Notes: generated from the letters alone by a model not told the origin. A stretch of DNA of 64,000 nucleotides from Burkholderiaceae bacterium (GCA_947450225.1 CANFUO010000003.1:1633-65632), one strand, 5' to 3'. Shown: positions 1 to 10,155, numbered from the stretch's first letter. Numbers and translations are program-made.

Positions 1-7
1 TGGACAT

Positions 8-32
8 AAACGCGGCCATGGCCGCGTTTTTT
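8..32 (+). terminator. Rho-independent terminator of an off-window upstream gene
   Basis: GC-rich palindrome CGCGGCCATGGCCGCG (11..26), preceded by AAA and followed directly by T6 (27..32). Confidence 0.6.
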
Positions 33-48
33 ATTAGATAATGCATAA

Positions 49-957
49 GTGAAACTAAAAAACGTCATTGATTTTGTCTTGTTAAGTGCCCTCTGGGGCA
101 TGTCGTATGTTTTTATCCGCCTAACTATTGGATATGTAGAGCCGATTGTGATGGCTGAATCGCGTTTACTGATTGGGGCTATCGGTATTTTTGTGTTTGC
201 GCTATGCAAAAAAAGTTGGCGTATGCATGTAATCCCAGAAAAAAAGAACCTTGGTCGGATTACGATTATTGCGACGCTTAATTCAATCGTACCATTTATC
301 TTATTCACCTATGCCATGCAGCATTTAAGTGCGGGATTAGGCGCAATCTTGAACTCTACATCACCCATATGGACCGCTATTATTGGGGCTGTTTGGTTAA
401 GAGAGCGCCTGAGTAATAGTAGGCTGTTAGGTCTAGTCCTGGGTTTTATCGGAATTGTATTTTTGATGTGGGGCAAGGCACACTTCACTGAAGGTGGTCT
501 TGGGTTGCCGATTTTAGCCTGCCTTGGCGTGACCTTATCTTACGGGATTGCTACCAATTACATTAAGGTTTATGGGCAGGGTATCCACCCCTTTGGATTG
601 GCTTTCTCGAGCTTATTGATTGGCTCTATCGTATTGGCTGTGCCAGCATACCTTCATTTACCTACCGAGCCATTAACGATGATTGTGTGGATATCGATTC
701 TTGGTTTAGGTATCGGTTCAACATCAATCGCCTATGTTCTTTTTTATCGACTGATAGATGAGACTGGACCGACGATCGCTATTACAGTGACATTTCTAGT
801 GCCGGTATTTAGTGTCTTATGGGGAGATATCTTTCTAAATGAGATCCCCACACTCCAAATGATGTTGGGAGGGATTGTGATTGTGATTGGCACATCACTT
901 GCAGTTGGGCTTTGGTCGCTGGGTTCTAAAAAGTTGAATCAGCCCAGTAATAGTTGA
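49..957 (+). CDS. DMT-superfamily (EamA-like) membrane transporter
   Basis: 302-aa ORF with GTG start. Hydrophobic along its whole length with many predicted TM helices. Resembles EamA/RhaT-type permeases from memory. Confidence 0.8.
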   Translation: MKLKNVIDFVLLSALWGMSYVFIRLTIGYVEPIVMAESRLLIGAIGIFVFALCKKSWRMHVIPEKKNLGRITIIATLNSIVPFILFTYAMQHLSAGLGAILNSTSPIWTAIIGAVWLRERLSNSRLLGLVLGFIGIVFLMWGKAHFTEGGLGLPILACLGVTLSYGIATNYIKVYGQGIHPFGLAFSSLLIGSIVLAVPAYLHLPTEPLTMIVWISILGLGIGSTSIAYVLFYRLIDETGPTIAITVTFLVPVFSVLWGDIFLNEIPTLQMMLGGIVIVIGTSLAVGLWSLGSKKLNQPSNS

Positions 958-968
958 GTTGAGCCTTT

Positions 969-1640
969 CTAGAGATGCAAAGCAATAAATTCTTGAGCGT
1001 CTTCTGTAGATGGTGACTCAAAAAATGCTTGCGTAGGACTCGTTTCAATAATCTGTCCATTTTTGATAAAAATGATGTGGTCACTGATTCTTTTGACTTG
1101 AGCAAAGTCATGCGAGGCTAATAAAAAACGCATACCAGTATTGGCTAGCTCTGTAATCTTTGATTCGATAAAGAGTGTTGAGTTAGGATCAAGACTTGCT
1201 GTGGGCTCATCAAGAATCATCAGTTCAGGATGCATGAGGTAGGCGCGCGCGATGGCTAAACGTTGCTTCTCGCCAGCTGATAATAGGGTTGCAGGTTGAT
1301 TCTTCAAATGATTTAGTGAAAACACATTCATGGCGTGATTCATTTGGTCATCAGATAAAGATGGGAGTGCATCTTTGAGTAAAAGCAAATTGCCCCAAAC
1401 GGACATTTTGATAAATGGAGTTTGATGTAAAACCATACTGATGTTTTTGGTAGAGGTATTGATATCAAATGCAGGATCAGTAATTAAACCAGCGATGACC
1501 TTTAAAAGAGTGGTTTTACCTGCACCATTGGGGCCAATCACCGCAGTAATTCGATTGCAAGGTAGGGTTGCCTGATCAATCCCCAGAATTGGACGACCCT
1601 GCTCAGCCAAATGAATATTTTTGAGAACAATATTAGCCAT
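969..1640 (-). CDS. ABC transporter ATP-binding protein (TupC-like)
   Basis: 223 aa. Walker A GPNGAGKTT, ABC signature LSAGEKQR, Walker B LMILDEPT. Overlaps the upstream permease gene by 8 nt. Confidence 0.85.
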   Translation of the reverse strand: MANIVLKNIHLAEQGRPILGIDQATLPCNRITAVIGPNGAGKTTLLKVIAGLITDPAFDINTSTKNISMVLHQTPFIKMSVWGNLLLLKDALPSLSDDQMNHAMNVFSLNHLKNQPATLLSAGEKQRLAIARAYLMHPELMILDEPTASLDPNSTLFIESKITELANTGMRFLLASHDFAQVKRISDHIIFIKNGQIIETSPTQAFFESPSTEDAQEFIALHL

Positions 1641-2328
1641 ATTTGCGTTCGGCAGAGGATTTCAAAAAATGGGCAGCAATATTAGCCAATAAGACAATAC
1701 TTAATAAAACAATGCCAAGCGACAAAGAAAGGGCAAGATCGCCTTTACTCGTTTCGAGGGCGATCGCTGTAGTTAGAGTGCGAGTGTGGTGTGCGATATT
1801 TCCGCCAACAATCATTACTGCGCCAACCTCAGAAATGGCACGACTAAAGCCCAATAAAATAACAATCACAAGTGAAAAACGACAGTCCCATAAAATCCAT
1901 TTCATTTGATGGAACAAGCGCAGATGAAGAGACGTAAAAGTATCCCGATGCGATTGCCAAGCATCAGCAATGATTTGCCTTGAGATCGCTGCAATAATTG
2001 GGGTAGTGAGCAAAGTTTGAGCAATAATCATGCCAGTTTTTGTGAACAAAAGCCCAAGATCGCCAAGGGGACCACTACGCGAAAGTAATAAATAAATAAG
2101 AACACCAATAATCACTGTAGGGACATTCATGCAGGTATTCAAAATAGTTAGGCACCATTTTTTGCCTGGGAAATGAGCAATCGCTAAAAACGCCCCAAGA
2201 GGAAGTCCGATGATGACACCATTGAGTAAAGCGATAGCACTGACCGAAATCGAAGTAAAAGCAATACTCCACACTTCAGGGTCTAGGTTGAAGACAAGGC
2301 TAAAAGCTTGATAAAGCGTATCCCACAT
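1633..2328 (-). CDS. ABC transporter permease (tungstate/anion TupB-like family)
   Basis: 231 aa, multi-TM. Contains the segment FSRAISEVGAVMIVGGNIAHHTRTLTTAIALETSKGD, which I recall as typical of the tungstate-type permease family. Substrate is not proven. Confidence 0.7.
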   Translation of the reverse strand: MWDTLYQAFSLVFNLDPEVWSIAFTSISVSAIALLNGVIIGLPLGAFLAIAHFPGKKWCLTILNTCMNVPTVIIGVLIYLLLSRSGPLGDLGLLFTKTGMIIAQTLLTTPIIAAISRQIIADAWQSHRDTFTSLHLRLFHQMKWILWDCRFSLVIVILLGFSRAISEVGAVMIVGGNIAHHTRTLTTAIALETSKGDLALSLSLGIVLLSIVLLANIAAHFLKSSAERKYG

Positions 2329-2515
2329 GATTAGATAATTTGTACTTTAGTGAATTAACAATAATTGCGCTAATGGCAAGTTTAACTCTGATTCATCTTT
2401 GGCCGTTATGGGTAATACAGGATGCTTCTTCAATTCGCAATTCATCAGGGATAAGAAGAGCCATAGGCTAAAAGCTATAATTACAGACTCAACTATCGCT
2501 GAAGGTCTACACCAT

Positions 2516-2980
2516 ATGAATCGTTCAATTATTCAAAAATTCTTTATCGTTATTTGTAGTGTATGTTGCATTTCTTTAACGAATGCTCAAACCAAACTTG
2601 GGAATTTACAGATATCTAAACAGATGGCTAGAGCAACAGCACCAGGTCAGTCGATGAGTAGTGCGTATTTACTGATAGAAAATAAAGGTAGTACACCTGA
2701 TCGTTTACTTACTGTGACTTATAGTCGTGCCAAGGAAGTACAAATCCATGAAATGAAGATGGAGGGTGACAAAATGATGATGCGTCAATTAACTAGCCTT
2801 GAAATCCCCGCCAATGGATCGGTTGAATTAAAGCCGGGTGGATATCATTTGATGATGATGGGCGTCCAAGAACCGATCAAAGACGGTGAGCAAGTCAAGA
2901 TGACCCTACAATTTGAAAAAGCTGGAAAAGTTGACCTTATTTTTCCAGCTCAATCCTTATCGGGTAAACACATGCATTAA
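2516..2980 (+). CDS. Periplasmic copper chaperone PCu(A)C (DUF461)
   Basis: An exact H-X10-M-X21-H-X-M copper motif is present (HEMKMEGDKMM-M ... 21 residues ... HLM). ATG at 2516 gives an N-terminal signal peptide MNRSIIQKFFIVICSVCCISLTNAQ. The ORF-track TTG start at 2399 would put 39 residues in front of the signal peptide. Confidence 0.85.
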   Translation: MNRSIIQKFFIVICSVCCISLTNAQTKLGNLQISKQMARATAPGQSMSSAYLLIENKGSTPDRLLTVTYSRAKEVQIHEMKMEGDKMMMRQLTSLEIPANGSVELKPGGYHLMMMGVQEPIKDGEQVKMTLQFEKAGKVDLIFPAQSLSGKHMH

Positions 2981-3001
2981 AAAACCGCAGAGCGGTTTTT
3001 T
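2979..3001. terminator. Bidirectional intrinsic terminator between convergent PCu(A)C and ilvD
   Basis: Perfect palindromic arms AAAAAACCGC / GCGGTTTTTT around an AGA loop. It overlaps both stop codons. The GC core of the stem is short (4-5 bp). Confidence 0.45.
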
Positions 3002-4712
3002 AATCTTGATCTAAATTTAAATGAAGATCAGTCACAGCTCCAAGACTTGCAGAGCTAGCTAATTTTGCATACTTCGCCAATATGCCACGTGTGTAGCGAG
3101 GTTTTGGTTTAACCCATAAAGATCTACGCCTGGCAATTTCATCTTCAGGCAGATTAAGTTGAATGAGAAGTTGATGCGCGTCAATTGTAATAGAGTCACC
3201 TTCTTCAATCAGTGCGATCGTGCCACCCATATAAGCTTCTGGAGAAACGTGTCCAACCACCATACCCCATGTGCCACCTGAAAAACGACCATCAGTAATC
3301 AGACCAACTGTTTCGCCAAAGCCTTGCCCAACCAAAGCGGCCGTAGGGGAAAGCATTTCGCGCATTCCAGGACCACCTTTAGGGCCTTCATACCGAATCA
3401 CGACCACGTCACCATGCGTAATTTTGTTTGCCATGATGGCAGCCATCGCATCATCTTCAGAATCATATACACGAGCAGGACCAGTAATACTAGGATTTTT
3501 TAAACCACTAATTTTTGCCACACAGCCTTCAGGAGAAATATTTCCTTTCAGAATAGCTAAGTGACCTTCCGCATAAATAGGGTTACTCAGAGGGCGGATG
3601 ACGTGTTGATCAGATCTTGGGACCGAAGGAACATCCTTAAGAACTTCAGCAATGGTTTTACCAGTAATCGTCATGCAATCACCATGTAAAAGGCCACCAT
3701 CTAAAAGAATCTTCATGACTTGAGGAATACCACCGGCGACATGAAGATCCGTCGCTAGATATTTACCAGAAGGTTTCATATCAACAAGCACAGGCACCTT
3801 ACGACGGATTCTTTCAAAATCATCAATCTTCCATTCGACTTCAGCCGCACTAGCAATTGCTAAAAAATGAAGCACAGCATTAGTTGATCCGCCCACAGCC
3901 ATAATCACGGAAACAGCATTTTCAATAGATTTTTTAGTAATAATGTCACGCGGACATAAGTTGTTTTTGACCGCTTCAATTAAAACTCTTGCAGATTCAG
4001 CAGAGCTGAGACGTTTTTCTTCATCGATATTCGACATCGTAGAAGAATACGGCAGGCTCATTCCTAGAGCCTCAAAAGCAGAGCTCATGGTATTGGCTGT
4101 ATACATCCCACCGCAAGAACCGCTACTAGGGCAGGCATTTTGTTCAACACCTTTGAGATCTTCGATGCTGAGTCGGCCTGACGTAAATTCACCAACAGCC
4201 TCAAAAGCAGAAACGATATTAAGTTCTTTCCCTTTATAGTGACCTGGTTTGATGGTTCCCCCATACACATAAATGCTAGGAACATTCGTGCGCGCCATAG
4301 CCATCATGCCACCTGGCATATTTTTATCGCAGCCACCAATGACGATTACACCATCTTGCCAAAGACCATTGACACAGGTTTCGATACTGTCAGCAATAAC
4401 CTCTCTGGAGATCAAGGAATATTTCATACCCTCGGTACCCATGCCCATACCATCAGATATCGTTGGGGTTCCAAAAATTTGTGAATTTGCACCACCAGCC
4501 TCGAGAGCATCGACCGCAGCATCTGCGAGCACTTGTAGGCCACTATTGCAAGGGGTAATTGTGGAATGACCATTGGCAACTCCGATCATAGGCTTTTTAA
4601 AATCATCTTCTTTGTAGCCCATTGCATAGTACATGGACCGATTCGGAGCACGTGCAACCCCCTCGGTGATATTTCTAGAGCGACGATTGATGGGGCTATT
4701 ATCTTTTGACAT
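3000..4712 (-). CDS. ilvD: Dihydroxy-acid dehydratase
   Basis: 570 aa with IlvD/Edd family motifs GGCDKNMPG and [14 protein letters not shown] Shine-Dalgarno 7 nt upstream of the ATG. Confidence 0.97.
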   Translation of the reverse strand: MSKDNSPINRRSRNITEGVARAPNRSMYYAMGYKEDDFKKPMIGVANGHSTITPCNSGLQVLADAAVDALEAGGANSQIFGTPTISDGMGMGTEGMKYSLISREVIADSIETCVNGLWQDGVIVIGGCDKNMPGGMMAMARTNVPSIYVYGGTIKPGHYKGKELNIVSAFEAVGEFTSGRLSIEDLKGVEQNACPSSGSCGGMYTANTMSSAFEALGMSLPYSSTMSNIDEEKRLSSAESARVLIEAVKNNLCPRDIITKKSIENAVSVIMAVGGSTNAVLHFLAIASAAEVEWKIDDFERIRRKVPVLVDMKPSGKYLATDLHVAGGIPQVMKILLDGGLLHGDCMTITGKTIAEVLKDVPSVPRSDQHVIRPLSNPIYAEGHLAILKGNISPEGCVAKISGLKNPSITGPARVYDSEDDAMAAIMANKITHGDVVVIRYEGPKGGPGMREMLSPTAALVGQGFGETVGLITDGRFSGGTWGMVVGHVSPEAYMGGTIALIEEGDSITIDAHQLLIQLNLPEDEIARRRSLWVKPKPRYTRGILAKYAKLASSASLGAVTDLHLNLDQD

Positions 4713-4840
4713 TCAAATCTCCTGCATGATGGATAAAAATACTTTAAACCTCTATTTTGCCGTTATTTCATAAAACTGTCGAAAAAACATTCTGCAAATA
4801 CAATAGTTCCTATATTTTGAATGATAAGAATTGGTGCCAA

Positions 4841-6043
4841 GTGGAATCTATTGATGTAGTCGTGATTGGGGCAGGTGCAGCGGGTCTCTTTTGTGCGGGA
4901 GTGGCTGGGCAATTAGGCAGATCGTCATTAGTCATTGATCATGCTCAGAAAATTGGTGAAAAAATCCGTATCAGTGGTGGTGGGCGGTGTAACTTTACCA
5001 ACTTGCTAACCAACCATCAGCACTTTTTATCGATGAACCCGCATTTTGTGAAAAGTGCTCTAGCGCGCTACTCAAGCCAAGATTTCATTGAATTAATCAA
5101 TAAATACCAAATTGCTTTTCATGAAAAACATCAAGGGCAATTGTTTTGTGACGGTTCCGCCACCGAAATTATTGACATGCTGATGCACGAATGTGAGATA
5201 GGTCATGTACAAATACAGCATCCCATGAAGGTTCAAGCCATAGAGGCTTATGATGGTTTATGGAAAGTCAGCACCGAACAAAAGGTCTATTTAAGTAAAA
5301 ATGTTGTCATAGCGACTGGCGGGTTGCCTGTTCCGGCCATTGGAGCATCTGATTTTGGATTGCAAATTGCTAAGCAATTTGATATAGCGATTATTGAACC
5401 ACGCCCTGCCTTGGTACCTTTGGCATTTACATCGCAAATATTTTCAGCGATTGAGGATTTTGCAGGTTTGAGTACGAAGGTCAAGATATCAGCTGGTCAT
5501 GTCAAAGAGCGATACGGAAAAGGGCGGTTTGATGAAGATTTACTCATCACCCACAAAGGCTTATCTGGACCGGCAGTTTTGCAAGCCAGTTCTTATTGGA
5601 CAGAAGGACAAGCGATCGATGTTGCTTGGGTAGATTCCAAGATTTTTGAAGAATTACTCAATGAAGAATCTTCGCGTTCAAAAACAGTTGATCAACTATT
5701 AATTGAGTTTATACCGGCACGTTTAGCAAAAGAATTTGCCAAACAATTAGATTTACACGGTAAAAAATGGGCTGAAGTCTCAAAAACATCGCGACAGCAA
5801 CTTATTAACCTGATGTGTCATTGGAACGTTAAGCCAGCAGGAACCTTGGGCTGGAATAAGGCAGAGGTCATGTTAGGTGGTATAGATACCAAAGAGTTAG
5901 ACAGTAAAACCTTAATGTCCCGTAAACATCCTGGATTATTTTTTATTGGCGAATGTGTCGACGTTACTGGACATTTAGGTGGGCACAATTTTCAGTGGGC
6001 GTGGTCAAGCGCTTACGCTTGCGCGCACAGTTTAATCAATTAA
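4841..6043 (+). CDS. NAD(P)/FAD-dependent oxidoreductase, HI0933/BaiN family
   Basis: Dinucleotide fold VVVIGAGAAGLFCAG and the family motif RISGGGRCNFTN. GTG at 4841 gives the usual short N-terminus (MESIDVVVIGAG, 400 aa). The ORF-track TTG start at 4757 is the alternative. Confidence 0.85.
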   Translation: MESIDVVVIGAGAAGLFCAGVAGQLGRSSLVIDHAQKIGEKIRISGGGRCNFTNLLTNHQHFLSMNPHFVKSALARYSSQDFIELINKYQIAFHEKHQGQLFCDGSATEIIDMLMHECEIGHVQIQHPMKVQAIEAYDGLWKVSTEQKVYLSKNVVIATGGLPVPAIGASDFGLQIAKQFDIAIIEPRPALVPLAFTSQIFSAIEDFAGLSTKVKISAGHVKERYGKGRFDEDLLITHKGLSGPAVLQASSYWTEGQAIDVAWVDSKIFEELLNEESSRSKTVDQLLIEFIPARLAKEFAKQLDLHGKKWAEVSKTSRQQLINLMCHWNVKPAGTLGWNKAEVMLGGIDTKELDSKTLMSRKHPGLFFIGECVDVTGHLGGHNFQWAWSSAYACAHSLIN

Positions 6044-6585
6044 TTGAAGGAAGCAAGAAGCTCGACGAGTTCTTCTAGAGAGTGCACAATCTGGATTTTC
6101 TTGAAATGAGACGCATCCATAAAGCCGTCTTGAACACATTGATTTAAAAAAGAAATAAGACCATCGTAGTATCCAGACCAGTTAGCGAGAATGATAGGCT
6201 TTTGATGAAAGCCAGTTTGAGCGTTAGCCCATACATCAAAAAGCTCATCTAAAGTACCAACCCCCCCGGGAATAATCACGTAGACATTGGCATATTCATC
6301 CATGATTTGCTTGCGCTCTCCCATGGTGGATACGTAATGCACCTTACTGAGGTTTTCTACAAGACCTTCCTTGGCTTGCAGTTGGCGAGGAATGATGCCG
6401 ATTGCCTCCCCTTGGCTGTCAAGGGCTCCTTGGGCAAGGTTTCCCATTAGCCCGCCGCCCCCGCCTCCAAAAACAAGGACTTGATGCAATTTGGCGATAT
6501 GTGAGCCCAGAGCGTAAGCCCAAGTAGCAAAAAGAGGATCAGCCCCTAAACGGGAGCCACAAAATACGCAGATATTTTTTTTCAT
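6040..6585 (-). CDS. LOG-family (TIGR00730) nucleotide phosphoribohydrolase
   Basis: Motifs GGGGGGLMG and PGGVGTLDELFD. ATG at 6585 gives MKKNICVFCGS. The alternative TTG start is at 6603. Confidence 0.85.
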   Translation of the reverse strand: MKKNICVFCGSRLGADPLFATWAYALGSHIAKLHQVLVFGGGGGGLMGNLAQGALDSQGEAIGIIPRQLQAKEGLVENLSKVHYVSTMGERKQIMDEYANVYVIIPGGVGTLDELFDVWANAQTGFHQKPIILANWSGYYDGLISFLNQCVQDGFMDASHFKKIQIVHSLEELVELLASFN

Positions 6586-6720
6586 ACAAGGATAATCATA
6601 CAAGACAATTTTTTATTGAGTATTGTCGAAAAATGAATTTAACAAATGAGTTGTTTACAATAGACAAACAATAATTTTTATAGTGAAATTGAACCAAAAC
6701 CCTAAAACGAGAATAGAGAA

Positions 6721-7311
6721 ATGACCACAAAATTAAATGACACAGCTTTAAAACAATTATTTTTAGATGCAAGAACCGTGCATGGATTTTTACCTGAGGC
6801 GGTTTCTGATGAGCAAATCAAAGAAATCTATGAATTAATGAAGTGGGCTCCTACTTCATTTAATGGCCAACATGCACGTTTTGTTTTCTTAAAAAGTGAG
6901 CAAGGAAAAGCAAGATTAATGCCAGCTTTGACTCCAGGAAATGTCCCTCAAGTACAAAGTGCGGCGGTAACAGTGATTGTTGCTTATGACACAAGATTTT
7001 TTGAGCATTTCGCAACACAATACACAGCATCTAACCCAACAGCCTTTTTTGAGAACAACGCACCATTAGCTGAAGCAACTGCTGCTAGAAACGGAAGTTT
7101 ACAAGGCGCATATTTGATCATGGCGGTTCGTGCATTAGGTTTAGATTGCGGCGCGATGTCTGGATTTGATATTGGCAAAGTCAATGCGGAGTTTTTTGCC
7201 GATGGCCGTTACAAAGCGAACTTCTTGATTAATATTGGTCGTGCAGAACCTTCTTCAATTTGGCCACGTGGTCCACGCTTAGCATTTGATGAAGTTGCAC
7301 AGATCTTGTAA
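6721..7311 (+). CDS. Nitroreductase-family protein, RutE-like malonic semialdehyde reductase
   Basis: 196 aa, colinear with E. coli RutE as I recall it (LF.DART..G......SDE....Y.LMKW.PTS.N..ARFVF ... LINIG). Confidence 0.8.
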   Translation: MTTKLNDTALKQLFLDARTVHGFLPEAVSDEQIKEIYELMKWAPTSFNGQHARFVFLKSEQGKARLMPALTPGNVPQVQSAAVTVIVAYDTRFFEHFATQYTASNPTAFFENNAPLAEATAARNGSLQGAYLIMAVRALGLDCGAMSGFDIGKVNAEFFADGRYKANFLINIGRAEPSSIWPRGPRLAFDEVAQIL

Positions 7312-7334
7312 TTGACAGATAAGCCTACCCACTG

Positions 7335-7712
7335 ATGTTGAACTCTATCATGGCCATTAGTCTTGGCGCCTCATTAGGAGCGATATTGAGGTGGGTTTTG
7401 GGTTTACTTTTAGATACATGGTCGGTTGCAATGTCGATTGGAACAATTGCTTCCAATCTCATTGGTGGGTACTTGATTGGCATTGCAATTGCCTTTTTTA
7501 GCGGTCATCCGGACTTAACCCCCCAATGGCGTTTACTCATTATTACAGGCTTTTTAGGGGGTCTTACTACCTTCTCTTCTTTTTCAGCCGAAGTAACCAG
7601 GATGATTCAGGAAGGCCAATTAGGCATTGCGCTCTCAACCGTATGCATACATGTGATTGGTTCTGTATTAATGACATTTTTAGGTATTTACACATACCAA
7701 CTTTTTAAATAA
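7335..7712 (+). CDS. crcB: Fluoride efflux channel CrcB/Fluc
   Basis: 125 aa, 4 TM. Typical N-terminus LGASLGAILRW and the segment GFLGGLTTFSSF. Confidence 0.9.
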   Translation: MLNSIMAISLGASLGAILRWVLGLLLDTWSVAMSIGTIASNLIGGYLIGIAIAFFSGHPDLTPQWRLLIITGFLGGLTTFSSFSAEVTRMIQEGQLGIALSTVCIHVIGSVLMTFLGIYTYQLFK

Positions 7713-7721
7713 GAGGATTAC

Positions 7722-8246
7722 ATGGCAATTTATCAATTAGGCGATTTAGTGCCGAGCATTCACCCAGACGCATATATTTCTCCAGAGGCAACAATTATTG
7801 GTAACGTCACGATTGGCGCTTTTTCTTCAGTATGGCCAGGCGTTGTTATACGCGGGGATAATGACGCGATTACGATTGGCGCTGGCACAAGTATTCAAGA
7901 AGGTACGGTATTGCATATCGATGAAGGATGCCCTTTAAAAATTGGTGATAACGTAACAATTGGTCATCAAGCGATGTTGCATGGTTGTACGATAGAAGAT
8001 GGTGCTCTCATCGGTATTCAGGCAGTTATTCTAAATAACGCTGTGATTGGTAAAAGTTGCTTGGTGGGTGCTGGGGCAGTGGTCACTGAAGGTAAAGAGT
8101 TTCCACCGGGATCCTTAATTATTGGGGCACCGGCTAAAGTAGCACGAGAACTCAGCCCAGAAAATATAGCGCGACTAAAGACGAGTGCTGAGCACTATAT
8201 TGAACGTGCAAGTACATTCAAAAAGACTTTAAAGAAAATCGGTTAA
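7722..8246 (+). CDS. Gamma-carbonic-anhydrase-like left-handed beta-helix protein (YrdA/PaaY family)
   Basis: 174 aa with hexapeptide repeats (IGNVTIG, ITIGAGTSIQ, VTIGHQAMLHGC). Confidence 0.85.
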   Translation: MAIYQLGDLVPSIHPDAYISPEATIIGNVTIGAFSSVWPGVVIRGDNDAITIGAGTSIQEGTVLHIDEGCPLKIGDNVTIGHQAMLHGCTIEDGALIGIQAVILNNAVIGKSCLVGAGAVVTEGKEFPPGSLIIGAPAKVARELSPENIARLKTSAEHYIERASTFKKTLKKIG

Positions 8247-8260
8247 ATAAAGGGGATTGT

Positions 8261-8557
8261 ATGATTTTAGAAATCGCAGATATTACGATACAGGCAGGTA
8301 AAAATACTGAATTTGATCAAGCAATTGAACGTGGAGTAAGACAAGCAATTGCGAGTGCAAAAGGTTTTAAAAGTTTCAAGATACAAAAGGGTATTGAAAA
8401 CCCGCAGCGCTATTTGTTAATGATTGAATGGGAAACCTTAGACAATCATATTGTTGATTTTAGGAATTCGCCAGCATTTTTAGAGTGGCGCGCTATTGTT
8501 TCCCCATTCTTTGCAGCACCTCCAGCGGTTGAGCATTTCCAATTACTGACTCAGTGA
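8261..8557 (+). CDS. Antibiotic-biosynthesis-monooxygenase (ABM) domain protein
   Basis: 98 aa. Size and pattern of a ferredoxin-like ABM fold (F..AI......A.GF......G.E.P.RYLL.IEWE.L..H...FR.S..F..WR). Confidence 0.6.
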   Translation: MILEIADITIQAGKNTEFDQAIERGVRQAIASAKGFKSFKIQKGIENPQRYLLMIEWETLDNHIVDFRNSPAFLEWRAIVSPFFAAPPAVEHFQLLTQ

Positions 8558-9333
8558 TTTCTGCGCGGAGCATTCTCTAAAGGGTGTTCCGCCAAGTCTG
8601 GATCTAGTGCGATACGATCATCAAAGACGAAGCATCCACCCTCATAAAAATCTTGGCCGACTTCTTCAAAATATTTGAGGATCCCGCCATCAAGTTGTAA
8701 GGTGTTATTTAGGCCTATTTCTTGCATCAAGAGATTCGCTTTTTCACAACGAATTCCCCCCGTACAAAAGCTGACGACTGTTTTATCCTTGAGAAGCCCC
8801 ACTTGTTCAGAAAGAGCTTTTGGAAATTCGCTAAATTTTTCTAGATTAAAGTGAATCGCATTGGTAAACGTTCCGTATTCGACTTCAAAAGTATTTCTGG
8901 TATCTAACAAGACAATGGGTTTGCCTTGATCATCGCAACCTTTGAGAAGCCATTCTTTTAATTGAGTGGCGCTCACGCTAGGGGCTCTTTTTTTATGGGC
9001 TTGGATCGTGGGATGATTCATACGGATAATCTCATCTTTGACTTTAACCAACATCTTTTTAAAAGGTTGGTAATCTGACCAGCTATCTTTGGTCACAATA
9101 TCAGCAAGGGCGGGAAATTGATTTAGCCAAACAAAAAAATCACGGATATGGTTTTCTTGACCAGCTAAAAACATATTGATGCCTTCAGGAGCCAAAATGA
9201 TCGTACCTTTAAGTTCATTTTTAAGGCATTCGGCCAGGAGTTTATCTCCCAAGATATTCAGATCAGTCAGTTCACAAAAACGATATGTAGAGATATTTAA
9301 AAACAAGATCAACCCCTGATTAGAATTTTTCAT
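8551..9333 (-). CDS. trhO: Rhodanese-domain tRNA uridine(34) hydroxylase (TrhO/YceA, UPF0176)
   Basis: 260 aa. Rhodanese active-site loop [11 protein letters not shown]-terminal UPF0176-like region (NISTYRF). Confidence 0.75.
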   Translation of the reverse strand: MKNSNQGLILFLNISTYRFCELTDLNILGDKLLAECLKNELKGTIILAPEGINMFLAGQENHIRDFFVWLNQFPALADIVTKDSWSDYQPFKKMLVKVKDEIIRMNHPTIQAHKKRAPSVSATQLKEWLLKGCDDQGKPIVLLDTRNTFEVEYGTFTNAIHFNLEKFSEFPKALSEQVGLLKDKTVVSFCTGGIRCEKANLLMQEIGLNNTLQLDGGILKYFEEVGQDFYEGGCFVFDDRIALDPDLAEHPLENAPRRNH

Positions 9334-10081
9334 TGTGGCGTAAAAAACGCCACTGTCCCAATGGTAAGTTGCCTAGAGGAATTTGACCAATACGAATTCT
9401 TTTAAGGCCAATGACATGCAAACCAACTAATTCGCACATTCTTCGAATCTGACGTTTACGGCCTTCGCGAAGAACAAAACGCAGTTGATTTTCATTTTGC
9501 CAACTGACTTTAGCTGGAAGGAGGGCAACACCATCCAAAGAAAGTCCATGACATAACTGAGAGAGCCCTGACGGAGCTAACTCCCCCTCAACGCGCACTA
9601 AATACTCTTTTTCAATGGCGCTATTTTCCCCAATGATTTGTTTGGCAATTCGACCATCTTGCGTGAGGATGAGTAAGCCTGTCGAGTCAATATCAAGCCT
9701 ACCAGCGGGAGCAAGGCCACGGGTATTAAATTTGGCGTTTTTATCAGCATCTAAATGGGTACGAAAAAAGCGATCTGGAGTAATTAAAGATACAGCTGGC
9801 TCATACTCTTTATCCTCATCTAAATGAGAAATAAAGCCAACAGGTTTATTGAGAAGAATCGTTATACGGGCATTTTGGGCTAAAGTCGCTTCTTTTTTGA
9901 GCTCTATTTTTTGATTGGGGAAGGCGCGCGAACCCAATTCGCTTACGACCTCGCCATCAACAGTGACAAGACCTTGTTCAATATAAAGATCAGCTTCTCT
10001 GCGAGAGCAAAGACCTAATTCTGAGAGTAATTTTGATATACGTATTTTTTCCACACTCCTATTATCAAGCAATCGACACAA
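9320..10081 (-). CDS. RsuA/RluF-family pseudouridine synthase with S4 domain
   Basis: S4-like N-terminus ([30 protein letters not shown]) and catalytic motif [17 protein letters not shown]. Start codon is uncertain (TTG at 10081). Its stop overlaps the trhO start by 14 nt. Confidence 0.85.
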   Translation of the reverse strand: MCRLLDNRSVEKIRISKLLSELGLCSRREADLYIEQGLVTVDGEVVSELGSRAFPNQKIELKKEATLAQNARITILLNKPVGFISHLDEDKEYEPAVSLITPDRFFRTHLDADKNAKFNTRGLAPAGRLDIDSTGLLILTQDGRIAKQIIGENSAIEKEYLVRVEGELAPSGLSQLCHGLSLDGVALLPAKVSWQNENQLRFVLREGRKRQIRRMCELVGLHVIGLKRIRIGQIPLGNLPLGQWRFLRHNEKF

Positions 10082-10155
10082 GTTCGGCTTAAAATACTTG
10101 CTTGAGACAAAATCACCTTTGATTTTTCTTTATCTAACTAGATTGATTATTCTTC

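Noticed and set aside
2329-2515. Possible Moco/tungsten-type riboswitch in the leader of the TupB-like permease gene (read on the minus strand).
   Set aside because: I could not see the conserved Moco-motif elements or a convincing multi-stem structure, only a short CTTCTT...AAGAAG repeat. An Rfam scan would be needed to exclude it fully.
2399-2515. ORF-track N-terminal extension of the PCu(A)C ORF (TTG start).
   Set aside because: It would place 39 non-hydrophobic residues ahead of an obvious signal peptide. The ATG at 2516 gives a normal secreted protein.
7312-7334. Fluoride riboswitch expected upstream of crcB.
   Set aside because: Only 23 nt separate crcB from the preceding gene, which is too short for the aptamer.
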